64,000 nucleotides of DNA from positions 46,066,001 to 46,130,000 of the forward strand of contig OX597837.1 of the NCBI GenBank assembly GCA_951406725.2, read 5' to 3'. Made by a program: the position numbers and the translations under genes. Origin of the DNA: Octopus vulgaris. Lineage: Eukaryota. The notes beneath the pieces are model-generated. The model was given only the letters and a program-made list of their open reading frames with translations, did no database searches and had not been told where the DNA came from. Of this stretch, positions 28,342-44,000 are shown in pieces (position 1 is the stretch's first letter; each line of letters begins with the position of its first letter).

Positions 28342-28343
<2 letters not shown>
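28314..28343 (+). mobile_element. Helitron 3'-end remnant
   Basis: cccgggcaacgccggg hairpin followed by gctaa, same family signature as 12635-12662. Confidence 0.55.
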
Positions 28344-28381
<38 letters not shown>

Positions 28382-28569
28382 GAAAGGACATGGCATGACA
28401 TCAGTGCAGTTATTGGTTATTGATTGTACTTATATCCTTGGTAACCGATGTAGAATTCTAACCAAAGCTTAGAATATGTTGAGTAGTTTAAGGAAGCACA
28501 ACCATGAGTCATATGACTAAGAATCGCTCAATACCATTCCTACATGTAACTGATATGTCAGTAGCTTAA

Positions 28570-29167
28570 CCCTTTAGCATTCAGGTTTCTCTGTCAAGCG
28601 TAATGCTTATTTAGTCACATTGGTTTTAATTAGCCATGCATTATCTTGCAGATCTGAGATTTTCATAATCATCATCATCATGATCATGATCATCATCATC
28701 ATCATCGTCATTTGATATCTGCTTTCCATGCTGGCAGGGGTTGGACAGTTTGACCAGAGCTGGCAAGCTGGGAAGCTGCACTGGTGAGTTGGCAGAAACG
28801 TTAGCACGCCGGGTGAAATGCTTAGCGATATTTCATCTGTCTTTACGTTCTGAGTTCAAATTCCGCCAAGGTTGACTTTGCCTTTCATCATATCTGGGTC
28901 GATTAAATAAATACCAGTTACGCACTGGGGTCGATATAATTGACTTAATCCGTTTGTCTTCTCTGTGTTTAGCCCCTTGTGGGTAGTAAAGAAATAGGTT
29001 TCTACAGCTGGATGCCCTTCCTAATGCCAAACCACTTTGCAACATGATGCTGGGGGCTTTTAACGTGAGACATTGCAGGTCAGGTGTGTGAGGCTGTGTC
29101 TGACTGGTTTGAACATAAACCAAGTAGAATATTTAGGCTGGATATGGCCAGGTTCAATGCCAAAGAA
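28570..29167. mobile_element. Decayed piggyBac-type MITE containing nested SINEs
   Basis: TTAA|CCCTTTAGCATT...AATGCCAAAGAA|TTAA. The interior holds a (CAT)n-tailed repeat that is itself split by the SINE at 28786-28996. Confidence 0.6.
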
Positions 29168-30559
29168 TTAATGGTAGAACTAATTATCTGCTAGGGCCTT
29201 TGTTTAACACAAACATGAAACCTGATGACATCAATGTCATCTTTTTTTTCCCTGGTATTTCTTATTAAAATATACAAGTACAGATGCACTCTCAGTCAGG
29301 CCCGTCACCAGATTTTGGTACCTGAGGGTGCTGATTATATTGCAGGTAGAATTTTGTAAAATGCATTTTCTAAAACTGAGGGAGTGCATCATTGAATAGT
29401 GAAGGGTCAGTGCCATCCATTGTGCTGTCCAGTGCCCCTCCTTAGCGACAAGTATAGTGGTCAGACTTCAAGAAATGTATCGCAGGAAGATTTTTATAAA
29501 CTGTATTTTCTATATCTGAGTGAGTGCATCGTTGAATAGTGAGGGGGCAGGGCTTTACCGTGCACCCCCTTAACAAGGGGCATGTTCTCAGCAATGAAAT
29601 TTTGTTTAGGGATTGCAGACTGGGTCATCTTGTCTGCTTGGACCACCTGTTCCTCCATTCTGCTTGAGGGGACCATAGGTTGCTCTTCACAAATATAGCA
29701 ACCCCATCAAAGGTTTCTTTCAAAGGGCTGCCAAATGATGTCACTAAATACCAAAGACTTTTCAGGGATCTTAATTCAAACAGTCAAACGTTTATGGAAA
29801 AGCAAAACCCCTCCACCACCTCTCTTACTCCGTTCCTCCCACTTTTTTTTTTTCACTTTTTCTTTTAATTTTTGATTTCCTGTTTTATATTGTATTATTT
29901 TTTCCATTGTTTTGTTGTACAATTGGTTTTTTTTTATGTTGGCAGTGAAGAGAATTAAATGTTATATGAGGAGTTTGTTCAAATGTCATCTCTCTCTCTC
30001 TCTTACCCTTTCTTAGCCTTTCCTTTACTTTCTTTCTTAGCCTTTCCATTACTCTCTCTCTCTCTCTTTCTTTCTTAGTCTTTCCTTTACTTTCACTCCC
30101 TCTTTCTTTCTTACTCTCTCTCTCTCTCAAACTTACATACACACTTCCACACATACATACACATATTTACATGGAACATCTCTCCCTCTCCCACCCTTTC
30201 GTTCTTAACCTTTCCTTTACTTTCTCTCACACATGCATACACACTACAGCATATACACACACACATATTTACATGAAACTTCTCTCTCTCACACACACAC
30301 ACACTCACACACAGACAAGCTTACACATACACAAAAATTTTCTCATGTCATCTACAATTTTTTTAATGCCTGCCATAAACCCATTCCTTGTTTGTTCACA
30401 CACACACACACACAGATTTAAACGAACACATACATAGAAAACATTTTTTTTTTCCATCTCAACTCCTCTCTTTTTCACACACACACACACACGCACATAC
30501 ATACACAAACCCCTTCACATATACACAGACATATGCTGATGAATAACATGAGTATATAT

Positions 30560-30563
30560 AGAC

Positions 30564-30606
<43 letters not shown>

Positions 30607-30632
30607 CGGACGGACGGACGGACGGACGGACG

Positions 30633-30710
<78 letters not shown>

Positions 30711-30735
30711 CACACACACACACACACATACATAC
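30560..30735. repeat. Compound microsatellite (GATA)n(GACG)n(GACA)n(GGCA)n(CA)n
   Basis: Direct reading. Confidence 0.95.
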
Positions 30736-31559
30736 ATGGTAAGAAGCTTGCTTACCAGCGACATGATTCTGGGTTAGGGTTAGGGTTAGTGTTAGTACAC
30801 ACTAAGTCAAGTTGAAAGAGGGCTTAGTTATGGTATAAAAGTCCTGGAATATCTAGTTTAGAGTCAAAGACTTTCGGTGACTTCATTAGATTAGATAACT
30901 TCATAAGTTGAATGCAAGAGTTACTTCCCTTGTCCCACATAATTTATAAGCATTACACAGTCGTTCAGCTGGTTAAAAAAAAACAAGAGCAAAGTTTCTT
31001 TATGACGGCCCAACTCTTTTAAAAGCAAAGGTTAAAGGCATAATGGATAATGTAATCCCAAATAAACTGACAATATAAATAAAAAATTTTAAAAAACGCA
31101 AAAGAAAAGAAGCAGAAGACGGCTTGCGGTCAGAAGGCCTTTATCAATGGGTTTGCTCAATCAAGGCTTAACTAAAATTGTTACAACTGCCTTCATCTTC
31201 GTGGTCGTCGTTCAATGTCAATTTTTCCATGCTTGGATGAGTCAAACAGAAAACGTTGAGGAAGAATTTCTGCAGCCGAATGCTCTTCATGTCAACAACC
31301 CCAAACTGTCTCCAAGCAAGGTAATATTTACTCATGACAAGACGTTTTTCGCAGAATATTGGGAATGTTTACAACAATCGTTTGATGTCAAGTTTAGGAC
31401 GCACGCACACACACACACACGCATGCATGAATACATAAACGATGGGCTTCTTTTAATTTCCATTTACCAAATCCACTCACAAGGTTTCAATCAGCCCAGG
31501 GTTATAAGTAGAAGTCACTTGCCCAAAGTGCCCAAGAAAGAAAGCTGGCCAACCTGTTA

Positions 31560-31940
31560 AGAAGGGTGCAGACACTGTTATTAGTCAGAAAGCACAGCCA
31601 TTACTGTCATCAACGTCCAAGACGACCAGCCTGCCCTCTGGGTCTAGGAATACTGCCCTTACTTTCAGATCCAGACTCTTTCAAAAAAGCACCGCAGTAC
31701 TACCACCACCACCCGTTCTCAGCAGACATGGGGAAAAATAAATATCAAACTATCTGCCGAACATGGGCTGGAGGGTCGGCAGGTTGGAGAGTCTGGTTTC
31801 GCTGATGGCTATGATACCTACATTTTGTGACCTGATGTCGTTTAACAGGTTACCTTGTTTCCAAGGCAACCCCAAACCACGCACATTTATATTACCTTTC
31901 TTGAGCGTGAATCTGGCGAAAGTTGTTTCAGACACAAAGT
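31560..31940 (-). mobile_element. L1/Tx1-clade LINE endonuclease relic
   Basis: GNINVRGL...LLNDIRSQNVGIIAISETRL...AVFLDPEGRLVVLDV. Confidence 0.75.
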
Positions 31941-32306
31941 GAAAACAAAAAGTCAGAGGGAGAGAAAGAGAGTCAGTTACTGCTGCGAAAGTTGGGGATT
32001 TTCTCCCTCAGTTTCCACGAGATTTTTATATAGTTTTTTTGACAGATGTTTTTGAAATCTCCCTACTTCATTAGAGTAGAGAGATTTCATTAGTGTATGT
32101 GTTTCGTGTAGTGTGTAGCATTTTAATATGTTGTGGTTTTTGTGAGAGTGACTCACTCACATGAAAGCTGGTGTTGTTAACCAACTGTTGACAAAAATTC
32201 AATATAAATACACATAAATAAATACAAGAAATTGTTTAGACTTACATGGATGAAAACGATAACAGTCAATCAACCAAATAGATAGACAGACAGATAGATA
32301 GGTAAG

Positions 32307-32540
32307 TTTCTTTATTAGCCACACAGGGCCAAACACAGAGGGGACAAGATACAATGCAGAGCTTTTCTTTTTGAAAAAAAAAGTTTTAAAAAAAGAGAAG
32401 AAAATAAAATTTCGATCACAAGGGATCGTGTGTGAAAAAAAAAATGCCGATCAAAAGGGATCGTGTATCACAGAAATGTCATAAATGTAAAAAAAAAAAA
32501 CATTAGGTTTATCTGTGGAGAGAAAAGACCACTGTAACCT
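32307..32540 (-). mobile_element. LINE-like 3' end (related end at 13311-13620)
   Basis: Ends ttgtcccctctgtgtttggccctgtgtggctaataaagaaa next to a microsatellite. Confidence 0.5.
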
Positions 32541-32984
32541 CGGGTAATTTTTTATGGTTAATTTTGTCACTCTCTGGCCTAGATATGTTGGTATCAACAC
32601 TAACTCATCCGTGTGGAGAGTCAGTGTTGAGAACCGTTTGGCCAGATTTTCATTTTGAAATTGGTCTTGAACTGTACCAAATTTATGCCGCCAGTCTACA
32701 CATTCCTTGTGTGCCCATACAGGGCAAAGCCATTTCTCAATTTTCTGTTGTGGTGCATTTTCGGGTTTTCTTGTTTTTGTATTTATTATTCTATAAATGA
32801 TTGTTCCTTTTGGGGGTTTGTTCTATGATGTTTTTGGGGTATGAGTAAATGTAAGTTTGGTCCTTCTTTGCTAAGCAGTACTTTTGTATCGTTAATTTGT
32901 TGGGCAGTGAATTTGACAATATTTTTCTTTTGTTTTATAGCTTCAGTGAAATTTCTTTTGTCCTTGGTGGTGGTCGTGTCGGCC

Positions 32985-33950
32985 CCACAACTTATTATCG
33001 AACTGTATGAAAGATTTTCTATTAATTTTCACATTAATTTCCTCCCTGGAGAGGCCTACCTTATTGTGCGCATGCCATAGGGCCTTATTAAGTACACTAG
33101 GGTTGATTGAAGGGTAGAAACTAGATATATTGAATTGTATAAATTTTGTGTTGTCCTTATCAGTAATAGAAGTAAACCACTCTACGACTTGAGCAGAGTT
33201 AGACCATAAGCTAAGTTGTAACTTATTGATTAATATAGGTATATATTTATCTAAAATGTACTTACTAAGGGTACCGATGTCGGAACTAGAAGGGCATATG
33301 AGCCTTAATGCCGGGTTAGTGTGAAAGTTCTGTTTATGGTCCTTAACGATGAATCTTGGTTGTCTGGGGTTCAACGGTTGCGTTTTCATTTGTAATCCAT
33401 ACGTTTCCATGATTTTCTTAATTTCTAAGTTGGCTTGTCTGAGTGTATTCCTATTTGTTGTCCTGTAATCCTTGTGTATCGCTCTTTTGAGCAGTTCTAA
33501 ATACTGGTTCTTTGCAAGCTTATATATGTTCCCGGTTTTATCCAATTGGACCAGGATAGCGTCTAATCTGTTTATATCTCTGGCGACTTTATCGAGGTAT
33601 TTGAGGTGTTTATTCCTTAGGGGTGATTTATGAAATTTAATGTCCCTTATGATGTCCTACAGATCATCTTCGAATTTCTTCAGTCTGGGATTAGGTGGAG
33701 GGGTTCCCTTCGACCTAAATAGTTTTTTATATTCAAAGGAGACGTCGTTACTGTTCCGTTTTATGTCCTCATTATTGTGGAAGAAGGCGAGCCATCTGAT
33801 GCGGATGATAAATGCATTTGGTTTGTTAACAATTTCCTTAAGGAAGGTTTCTTCTGGTGGTATTGGTATGTCCTTAAGGGATGCGTTAATCTCGAACAAC
33901 TCCATTTGCGGTATCGGTTATCCATACTAGGATAATTCATTCACCTACTT
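32985..33950 (-). mobile_element. Second, diverged, 3'-truncated copy of the same Penelope-like family
   Basis: ORFs 33657-33905 and 32943-33545 align with the N-terminal half of the 36122-37558 frame (PPPNPRLKKFEDDL, PRFIVKDHK, RLICxSSSDIG, FYPSINPSVLNKALWHAHNK) with many substitutions. It begins at the (TA)n tract at 33952-33977. Confidence 0.88.
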
Positions 33951-34116
33951 AAATATATATATATATATATATATATATTTATTGAAATGGATAAATGAAT
34001 TATCTTGTTACAGATTATTCAAATTATAACCGATACCTGGGTAGCAAAAATCACGGTTGAGGTTACGACCATGGGTTATTGCAACCGTGCCTTAGTGCGG
34101 AAAATTGAAGTTTTAT

Positions 34117-37816
<3,700 letters not shown>

Positions 37817-37849
37817 TATAGATATAGATAGATACTTAGAAAGGTTTTG

Positions 37850-38700
37850 GCCAGTGTTGGCCCAGGCCATGTCTAACTTAATAGCACCACCTGGCAAAGT
37901 CTTTCAATTCAGGATTTGGGCACCAAGGCCCATTCGAGCAGAGAGTTATTGTTTGAGGAGACATATCCGGGTGTGGGTGGTTTGTCCGGCACTGTTTGAA
38001 GGAATTTGTCCAAAGACTTCTTGAATTTTGTGTGGTCAGTTTCTTTTGACGTGTCCTGGTGTAATGTTGAAGAGAGCGGGTCCAATTGAGGTGAAATAAT
38101 TGTGCCATATTGTTGTTAAGAGATGCAATTTAGATTTTTGTTGTGAATGGATGGCACGGTGTCCAAGTCTTGGATGTATTGGTGGAAGGGCTGATGCCTT
38201 GGGCGTTAAGCAAAAATGTTGAGGCGAGAGTGGATGGTTTTAATTGTTTTGGTGTTTTGTTAATTTGTTTGCTTTTTAATGGCATGTGCAGTGGGGTGAT
38301 AGTGGTGGATGGTGGTGGGTGATAGCCAGGATGTTTTTCCAGTTCTTTTACTAGATTCATTATAGCTAAAAAAGAGGAAGAGGTTTCCTGTCTAGGGAAC
38401 TGTAGGTGACTGTGGTTGTGGTTATTTTTATATGAGTCATAGGTGTTTTTGCTTTATTTTTATTTTTATTATCATTTGTCCGACGAGTCCCCGGGAGATG
38501 AGTAAAGGGACAATCCCTGTGCAAACACAATCTGTCTCGCTGGGAATGGCGGCAGATTTGGGGATTCCTTGTTTGAGATATTGGTGGTTGTGGTGGTGTT
38601 GTAATAAAGTATGTATTATGGTGGTGGATGTTGTAGTTTGTGGGGATAGAGCGTTTTGTCCCAGGTAAATGGGTGAATTTGCAGTCTCTATCAGTGCATA
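37850..38700 (-). mobile_element. CR1/L2-group LINE relic with internal deletion
   Basis: C-terminal [28 protein letters not shown] and an upstream ORF1-like CPFTHLPGTRR fragment. Confidence 0.6.
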
Positions 38701-39233
38701 ATCTATGGCGGAGAGAATATCGGCAAAATATGGGGTTTCCAGTGGGTGTGTAGGTGCGTGTGTGAGTTGTAAGAGGCGTGGATGATAGTTTGTTGAGGTT
38801 TTGGCGACCTTTGTGACCTGTGGGAGGTAGATTCCTTGAGGTAGCAGTAGTGGTAGTAGTAGTAGTAAGTAGGCAGAAGAGATGTTGACAGTGATGATGA
38901 TTGCGGAGGTGGATTCCATGATATAGCGGTAGACAAAGATGTTTTGGGGTTGATAGTGGTTGTAGTACAAGTAGTAGTAGGCAGAGGATATGATGTTGAC
39001 AGTGATGATGATTGAGCTACTGGGACAGTGAAAGGAAGGGGTGGTACTTCCTGCTGTGAGACCCTGGTGACTTGGGGGGGGGGGAGTCAATCGTTTTGTT
39101 TAACAAATCAATAATAATAATAATATTCAGGGACCTTTTCAGCAGGGTGGGTTACTCGACTAGAAGTAAAAAATTCAGACTGGGCCCCACCTGCAAGGTC
39201 ATGTGCTGTTTATCTTGATATGAGATCACCATG

Positions 39234-39698
39234 TCACGCACATATGGTTGTGATGTATGTGCCTAGTGTACCCTTATCAAAGGGGTAGTTATGATGGGTA
39301 TACTGGGCCATTGTAGATGAATCAAGGAGTGGGTCATACTGTTGTTGCCGCTGAAGTTGTTGTTGTTGTTGTTGCTGTAGCTGTTGTTGTTGTTGTTGTC
39401 GCTGAGGTTGTTGTTGCTGATGCTGCTGAAGTTGTTTCACCAGTGATGCTGAAGAGGAAACACATCTCAGTTTATCAAAGTGTTTATCGATTAATTTAAA
39501 AGCAACTTCGATTTGCTTCAATTTATTTTGTATCTGTTGTTCAGATCGACTTTTCAAAAGGTGAACTGTCCGTTTAGCAATTTCGTTCAGACACGAGGCA
39601 CCTATATTTTCTGTTTGGGTAAGGCAATGCCATGTGTCTATTAGAACGTCGATTTCATTATCAGACCATTTTTTAAAAAATTTTTGATGACTAACCAT
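39234..39698 (-). CDS. ORF with Myb/SANT-like (trihelix-type) DNA-binding domain followed by poly-Q; host gene or TE-derived
   Basis: WSDNEIDVLIDTW...NEIAKR...RSEQQIQNKLKQI fits the W-S/T-x-x-E...IA...RS/T-x-x-Q-x-x-NK pattern. The ORF starts with ATG. The C-terminal ~25 codons appear to run into a dispersed repeat. Confidence 0.5.
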   Translation of the reverse strand: MVSHQKFFKKWSDNEIDVLIDTWHCLTQTENIGASCLNEIAKRTVHLLKSRSEQQIQNKLKQIEVAFKLIDKHFDKLRCVSSSASLVKQLQQHQQQQPQRQQQQQQLQQQQQQQLQRQQQYDPLLDSSTMAQYTHHNYPFDKGTLGTYITTICA

Positions 39699-40292
39699 TC
39701 TGGTGGATATGTTTTATTAAATTTTATTATATTCATTTGTTTTGTTGATTATTTTTATTTATTAATTTTTTTTTTTAGGGAGAAGTATGTAGAATAGAAT
39801 AGATTGTACAGAATGTTTGCTGTAATACGGAGAAATTGTATTTGAATTATGAACTTGCAGTTATTTTATCTTTCTTTTTTTTTTTCCCTCTTTTTCTAAT
39901 TTTTAATGCGTGGGTGATCCTTTAGTTATCAGAAGGTGTTGACAAAGTGTATATATAAATAATATAAATAAATGCTCTCTCATAGGAGTGAGTGTATGGT
40001 TTTGTTTATTTGGTTGTTTGAAATTTATGAAAATAATTTGTAGTTAAAGAAAAGTCTACTCACGAGTTGGGAAACGCATGGTTTCAAATATACAGGAATC
40101 TATGTGATGGTCAATTTCGTGTGTAGCTGTGAAGCTTGATGCTGACTGGCAGAGAGGAGTAAAAACCGGTCCTTATACTTCAACAATCAACTATAATCAT
40201 ACTTCATATATCTCTATATATATAAAATATTGCAATACAAATGTATCAACTGCTATTTCCAGTAAACATTGGTGCCTTGTACCACTACTTTC

Positions 40293-40359
<67 letters not shown>

Positions 40360-40565
40360 AAGGACTATTTGTAAAATCATTAAATATGTGTGCTGTGGAT
40401 TTTGAATTATTTGAGATGTCCTTGATTGTAAAATTCACGTATTCATCTGAAGAAAAGTTTTTTTTTTTATAATGAATATAGGTATATAATCAATTAAAAA
40501 ATTAATTAGAAATGGCTGTACATCAATTGTATGTATGTATATACATACATATATATATATATATG

Positions 40566-40621
<56 letters not shown>

Positions 40622-40622
40622 C

Positions 40623-40681
<59 letters not shown>

Positions 40682-41008
40682 CATAATCATCATCCTCGTC
40701 ATTCTATATATAATGTGAGTGTATTAAGTGCCTAGTGGTTAAGATGTTCAACTCAAGATAGTAAGATTGTGTGTTCAAATCCCTGAGTGGTGTTTTGTTC
40801 TTGTTGACTAAGACCAACTTGATAGGAACTATATAAGAACACAATGAAGGAACTGGCAATGATCTCACCACACTACTAAGGCATCTGATTATATTTTATC
40901 ATTGATCCTGGATGGATAATCTCAGATCTGGATTTGAAAGTGCTGTGACTAAACACCACAAGGTATTTTGTCAGGTACCCCCACTGATTCTGCCATTCCT
41001 CATCCTAT

Positions 41009-44000
41009 TTAGCGCTTGTGATTTATAATTTCTTCAGTAGCAATCTTAACAATGGTTTGGAAGTCAGAACCGATATAAGATCGCCAGAACTGACGAACTC
41101 TACCCCAAATGTTAGCTGGATAGCAAGGACTTCCAATCCCATGGAGTATTCTGGCGACTGAATGACCAGTAAAATTGTGGTCAGATGAATATATTGACAG
41201 AAACCTTTTCACGTCGTTTCTTATTTGACCAACATCATATTTGACGGCTGACAATTCAGACATCGGCTGTTCATCGACAGACGGTTCTGTAACAGAATCC
41301 TCTTCGAAATATTCAAAAATAAGTTGGTGCAACTTTTTATTCCGTTTCTCATCAACATTATCTAAGCAACCACATATACTGTTATATGAGACAGACATCA
41401 CTGCTTGGTGCAGGCGCTGGATCTGGCCTAACTCTATCTTCTCCTGGGTTTTCACACGGTTGTATAAGTAATCGATTATGTGATCCAGTTCGTTGTCACT
41501 TAAATCACCAAAGGATACAAAATGGAAGGCCAGGTTTGATAGTTCAACAAGTACGCCACTCTTCTTAGCACCTGAATCCTTGTCAAAACTCCACTGCAAT
41601 GATTTCAGCTCTCTTTTCACAAGGCCCGAATTCCACCCCATGCTGTCACTGAGCTCAATCACGGGAAATTCAACTGAAGAAGCTGTGCAGAATTTTTTCC
41701 CTTCAAGTTTCTGTTTGGCAACAGCAACAGCCACCGGGGAACACTTCTTTGCAATACCCTGCAGCTGAACAGCTCCTCCGTAACAGTTTATTTTACAGCT
41801 TGCATATGTTAAAGGTAACAGTCTCAGAAGTCCAGGGAACGACAGTTCTAAATAACAGAGGAGAGTAGAAATATTCTCCTCCTTCATATCCAACCTCTGA
41901 ACCAAGGGTTCAATACTGACTGCCACCTCATGACCTTTACATATTCTTTTCTCCTGGTTAAAACAAAGGAAAGAATCAAGATTGTTGGAATCTTTCTGGG
42001 TGTCTTCATTGCTTTCATTTGGTTCGCAGAGGTTTTCGGACCATCTTGCATGGATCTGAAGACATCGGCAAGGTTTCAAGACGCTTTGAATGAATTTTTT
42101 TACAATGAATCGACTGATTGAATTTGCATAGATGTGTTTCTTCAACTCACCTAAATCTTGTCCTTCTTTATCAATAAACAGATGGCAATGAGAAACCTTA
42201 CTATCTCGACCAGCACGACCGATTTCTTGCACATAACTTTCAAAGCTTTTTGGCATATTGTAATGAATCACTCCACGAACGTTCGATTTATCGATCCCCA
42301 TGCCAAACGCTACAGTGGCCACGACAATCCACAATCTCCCAGACATGAAAGCTTTTTGAATGCGTTTTCTCTGATATGCTGTCAGTCCAGCATGATAGCT
42401 TTCGGCAATGAATTGAGCAGCATTTTTTGATGTCTTCTTTGATTTGGAACTTTTTGCCGATTCCTTTCTTGAGCTGAAAAATTGTTCTGATTTATCTTTT
42501 AAAGCTGTTCTTATTAATGTTGCAATCTTCTCCGTTTGGTCCCTTCGTGTACAATAAATAATGATTGATTCACATTTGGAGAATCTTTCCCCTTCCAGGA
42601 GCTCAATGAGAGATTCATCTCGATAGGTGTCCCTTGACACAGTAAGCACAAGATTCTTCGGTATGGGAGCTCCTCTGATCACAGCATCTTCTACATCATT
42701 TATCCAAAGTTGCTGTGCTATGTGTTTACTTTGTGCTAATGTTGCAGTTGCAGTAAGTCCGATGAAACACTGGACACCATGTTTCTCTTTGAGAGTCTTG
42801 CACACTTGTAAATATGAAGGACGGAAATTATGGGACCATTCTGAAAGACAATGAGCTTCGTCAATACAAGCAAAGGATATTGTTACATCTTTGCTGAGCT
42901 CTGTTAGAACTGACTTTTGACCTCCAATGACTGCTTCTGGGGACAGAAGAAGGAAGTGCACTTTACCGGAATTTACAGAAGAAATAACAAGTTCTCGCTG
43001 GCTTTGTGTCATATTAGTATGCAAGCAGGCTCCATTTATTCCTACGGGTAGGCCCTCCACCTGATCTTCCATCAAAGACACCAAAGGAGAAATTATAATA
43101 GCCACATGCTTCGGTCGTTGACCATACAAGTAAGCAGGTAACTGGTAGCAAAGCGATTTGCCGCCTCCTGTCGAGAGGATGACAAGGGTCGACAATCCAC
43201 ACAAAGTTCTCATAATTGCCTGCGACTGTCCATCTTTGAAATCACTAAAACCAAACTTCTGTAAAGCATTATAGACTTCATCAGGCACGTCTGGTAATGT
43301 TCCATCGTCATTAGGGACCAAATAAGGCTCTGTGCTTTTTCGATAAGCAATGAACTTGTTAAACATTTCATACGGATCTCTTACAACGGATCCCTCAATT
43401 TCTAATTCATCTTGTTCCACGCAGCTGGAAAGAGACTCTCCTTTTGACATGGACACAGCCTGGCTGAGTGTCAGGTAATCTTCTTCAGGAACGGTTGAAG
43501 AATATTCCCCATTTGTTTGTTCGTGTTGGATATCTTTATTTCTTTGAGACTTTGCAACATTCTTGCAGTTTTTAGCCCAGTGTCCATTTTCTCCACATCG
43601 GAAGCATTTCTCTCCATATGACTTTTGTTTCTCCCTCATTTTCCTTTTCCACTCTAACCTCTTGAACTTGGCCCCTTTCGTTCCTTGGCCCTTTTTACTA
43701 AACCGTTTCACCTTCATATTCAAACGAACAAAATTTTCAGATTTGTTTATTTGGCTCACTTTCGGAGCAGCAAACGTCTTTTTAGTTTGCTTGGTATTGC
43801 TAGATTTTACTGGTTCCATGTTGGAATCATTGGTTCCAGAAGAGCTGGAACATTCAACAGATTCTTGGAGCCTTGGAATTTTTTCTTTACTGATTTCAAT
43901 ACTGGAAAAACGGTCTTTATCACAAACACTGTAAGGTCCAGAGTCTTTAACAGAAGTAGTTTCTCCATTATTACTGCAAGACATAGAGGGATTCAGTATG

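Noticed and set aside
38437-39090. 217-aa ORF
   Set aside because: Low-complexity sequence over a decayed LINE; the recognisable motifs lie in other frames.
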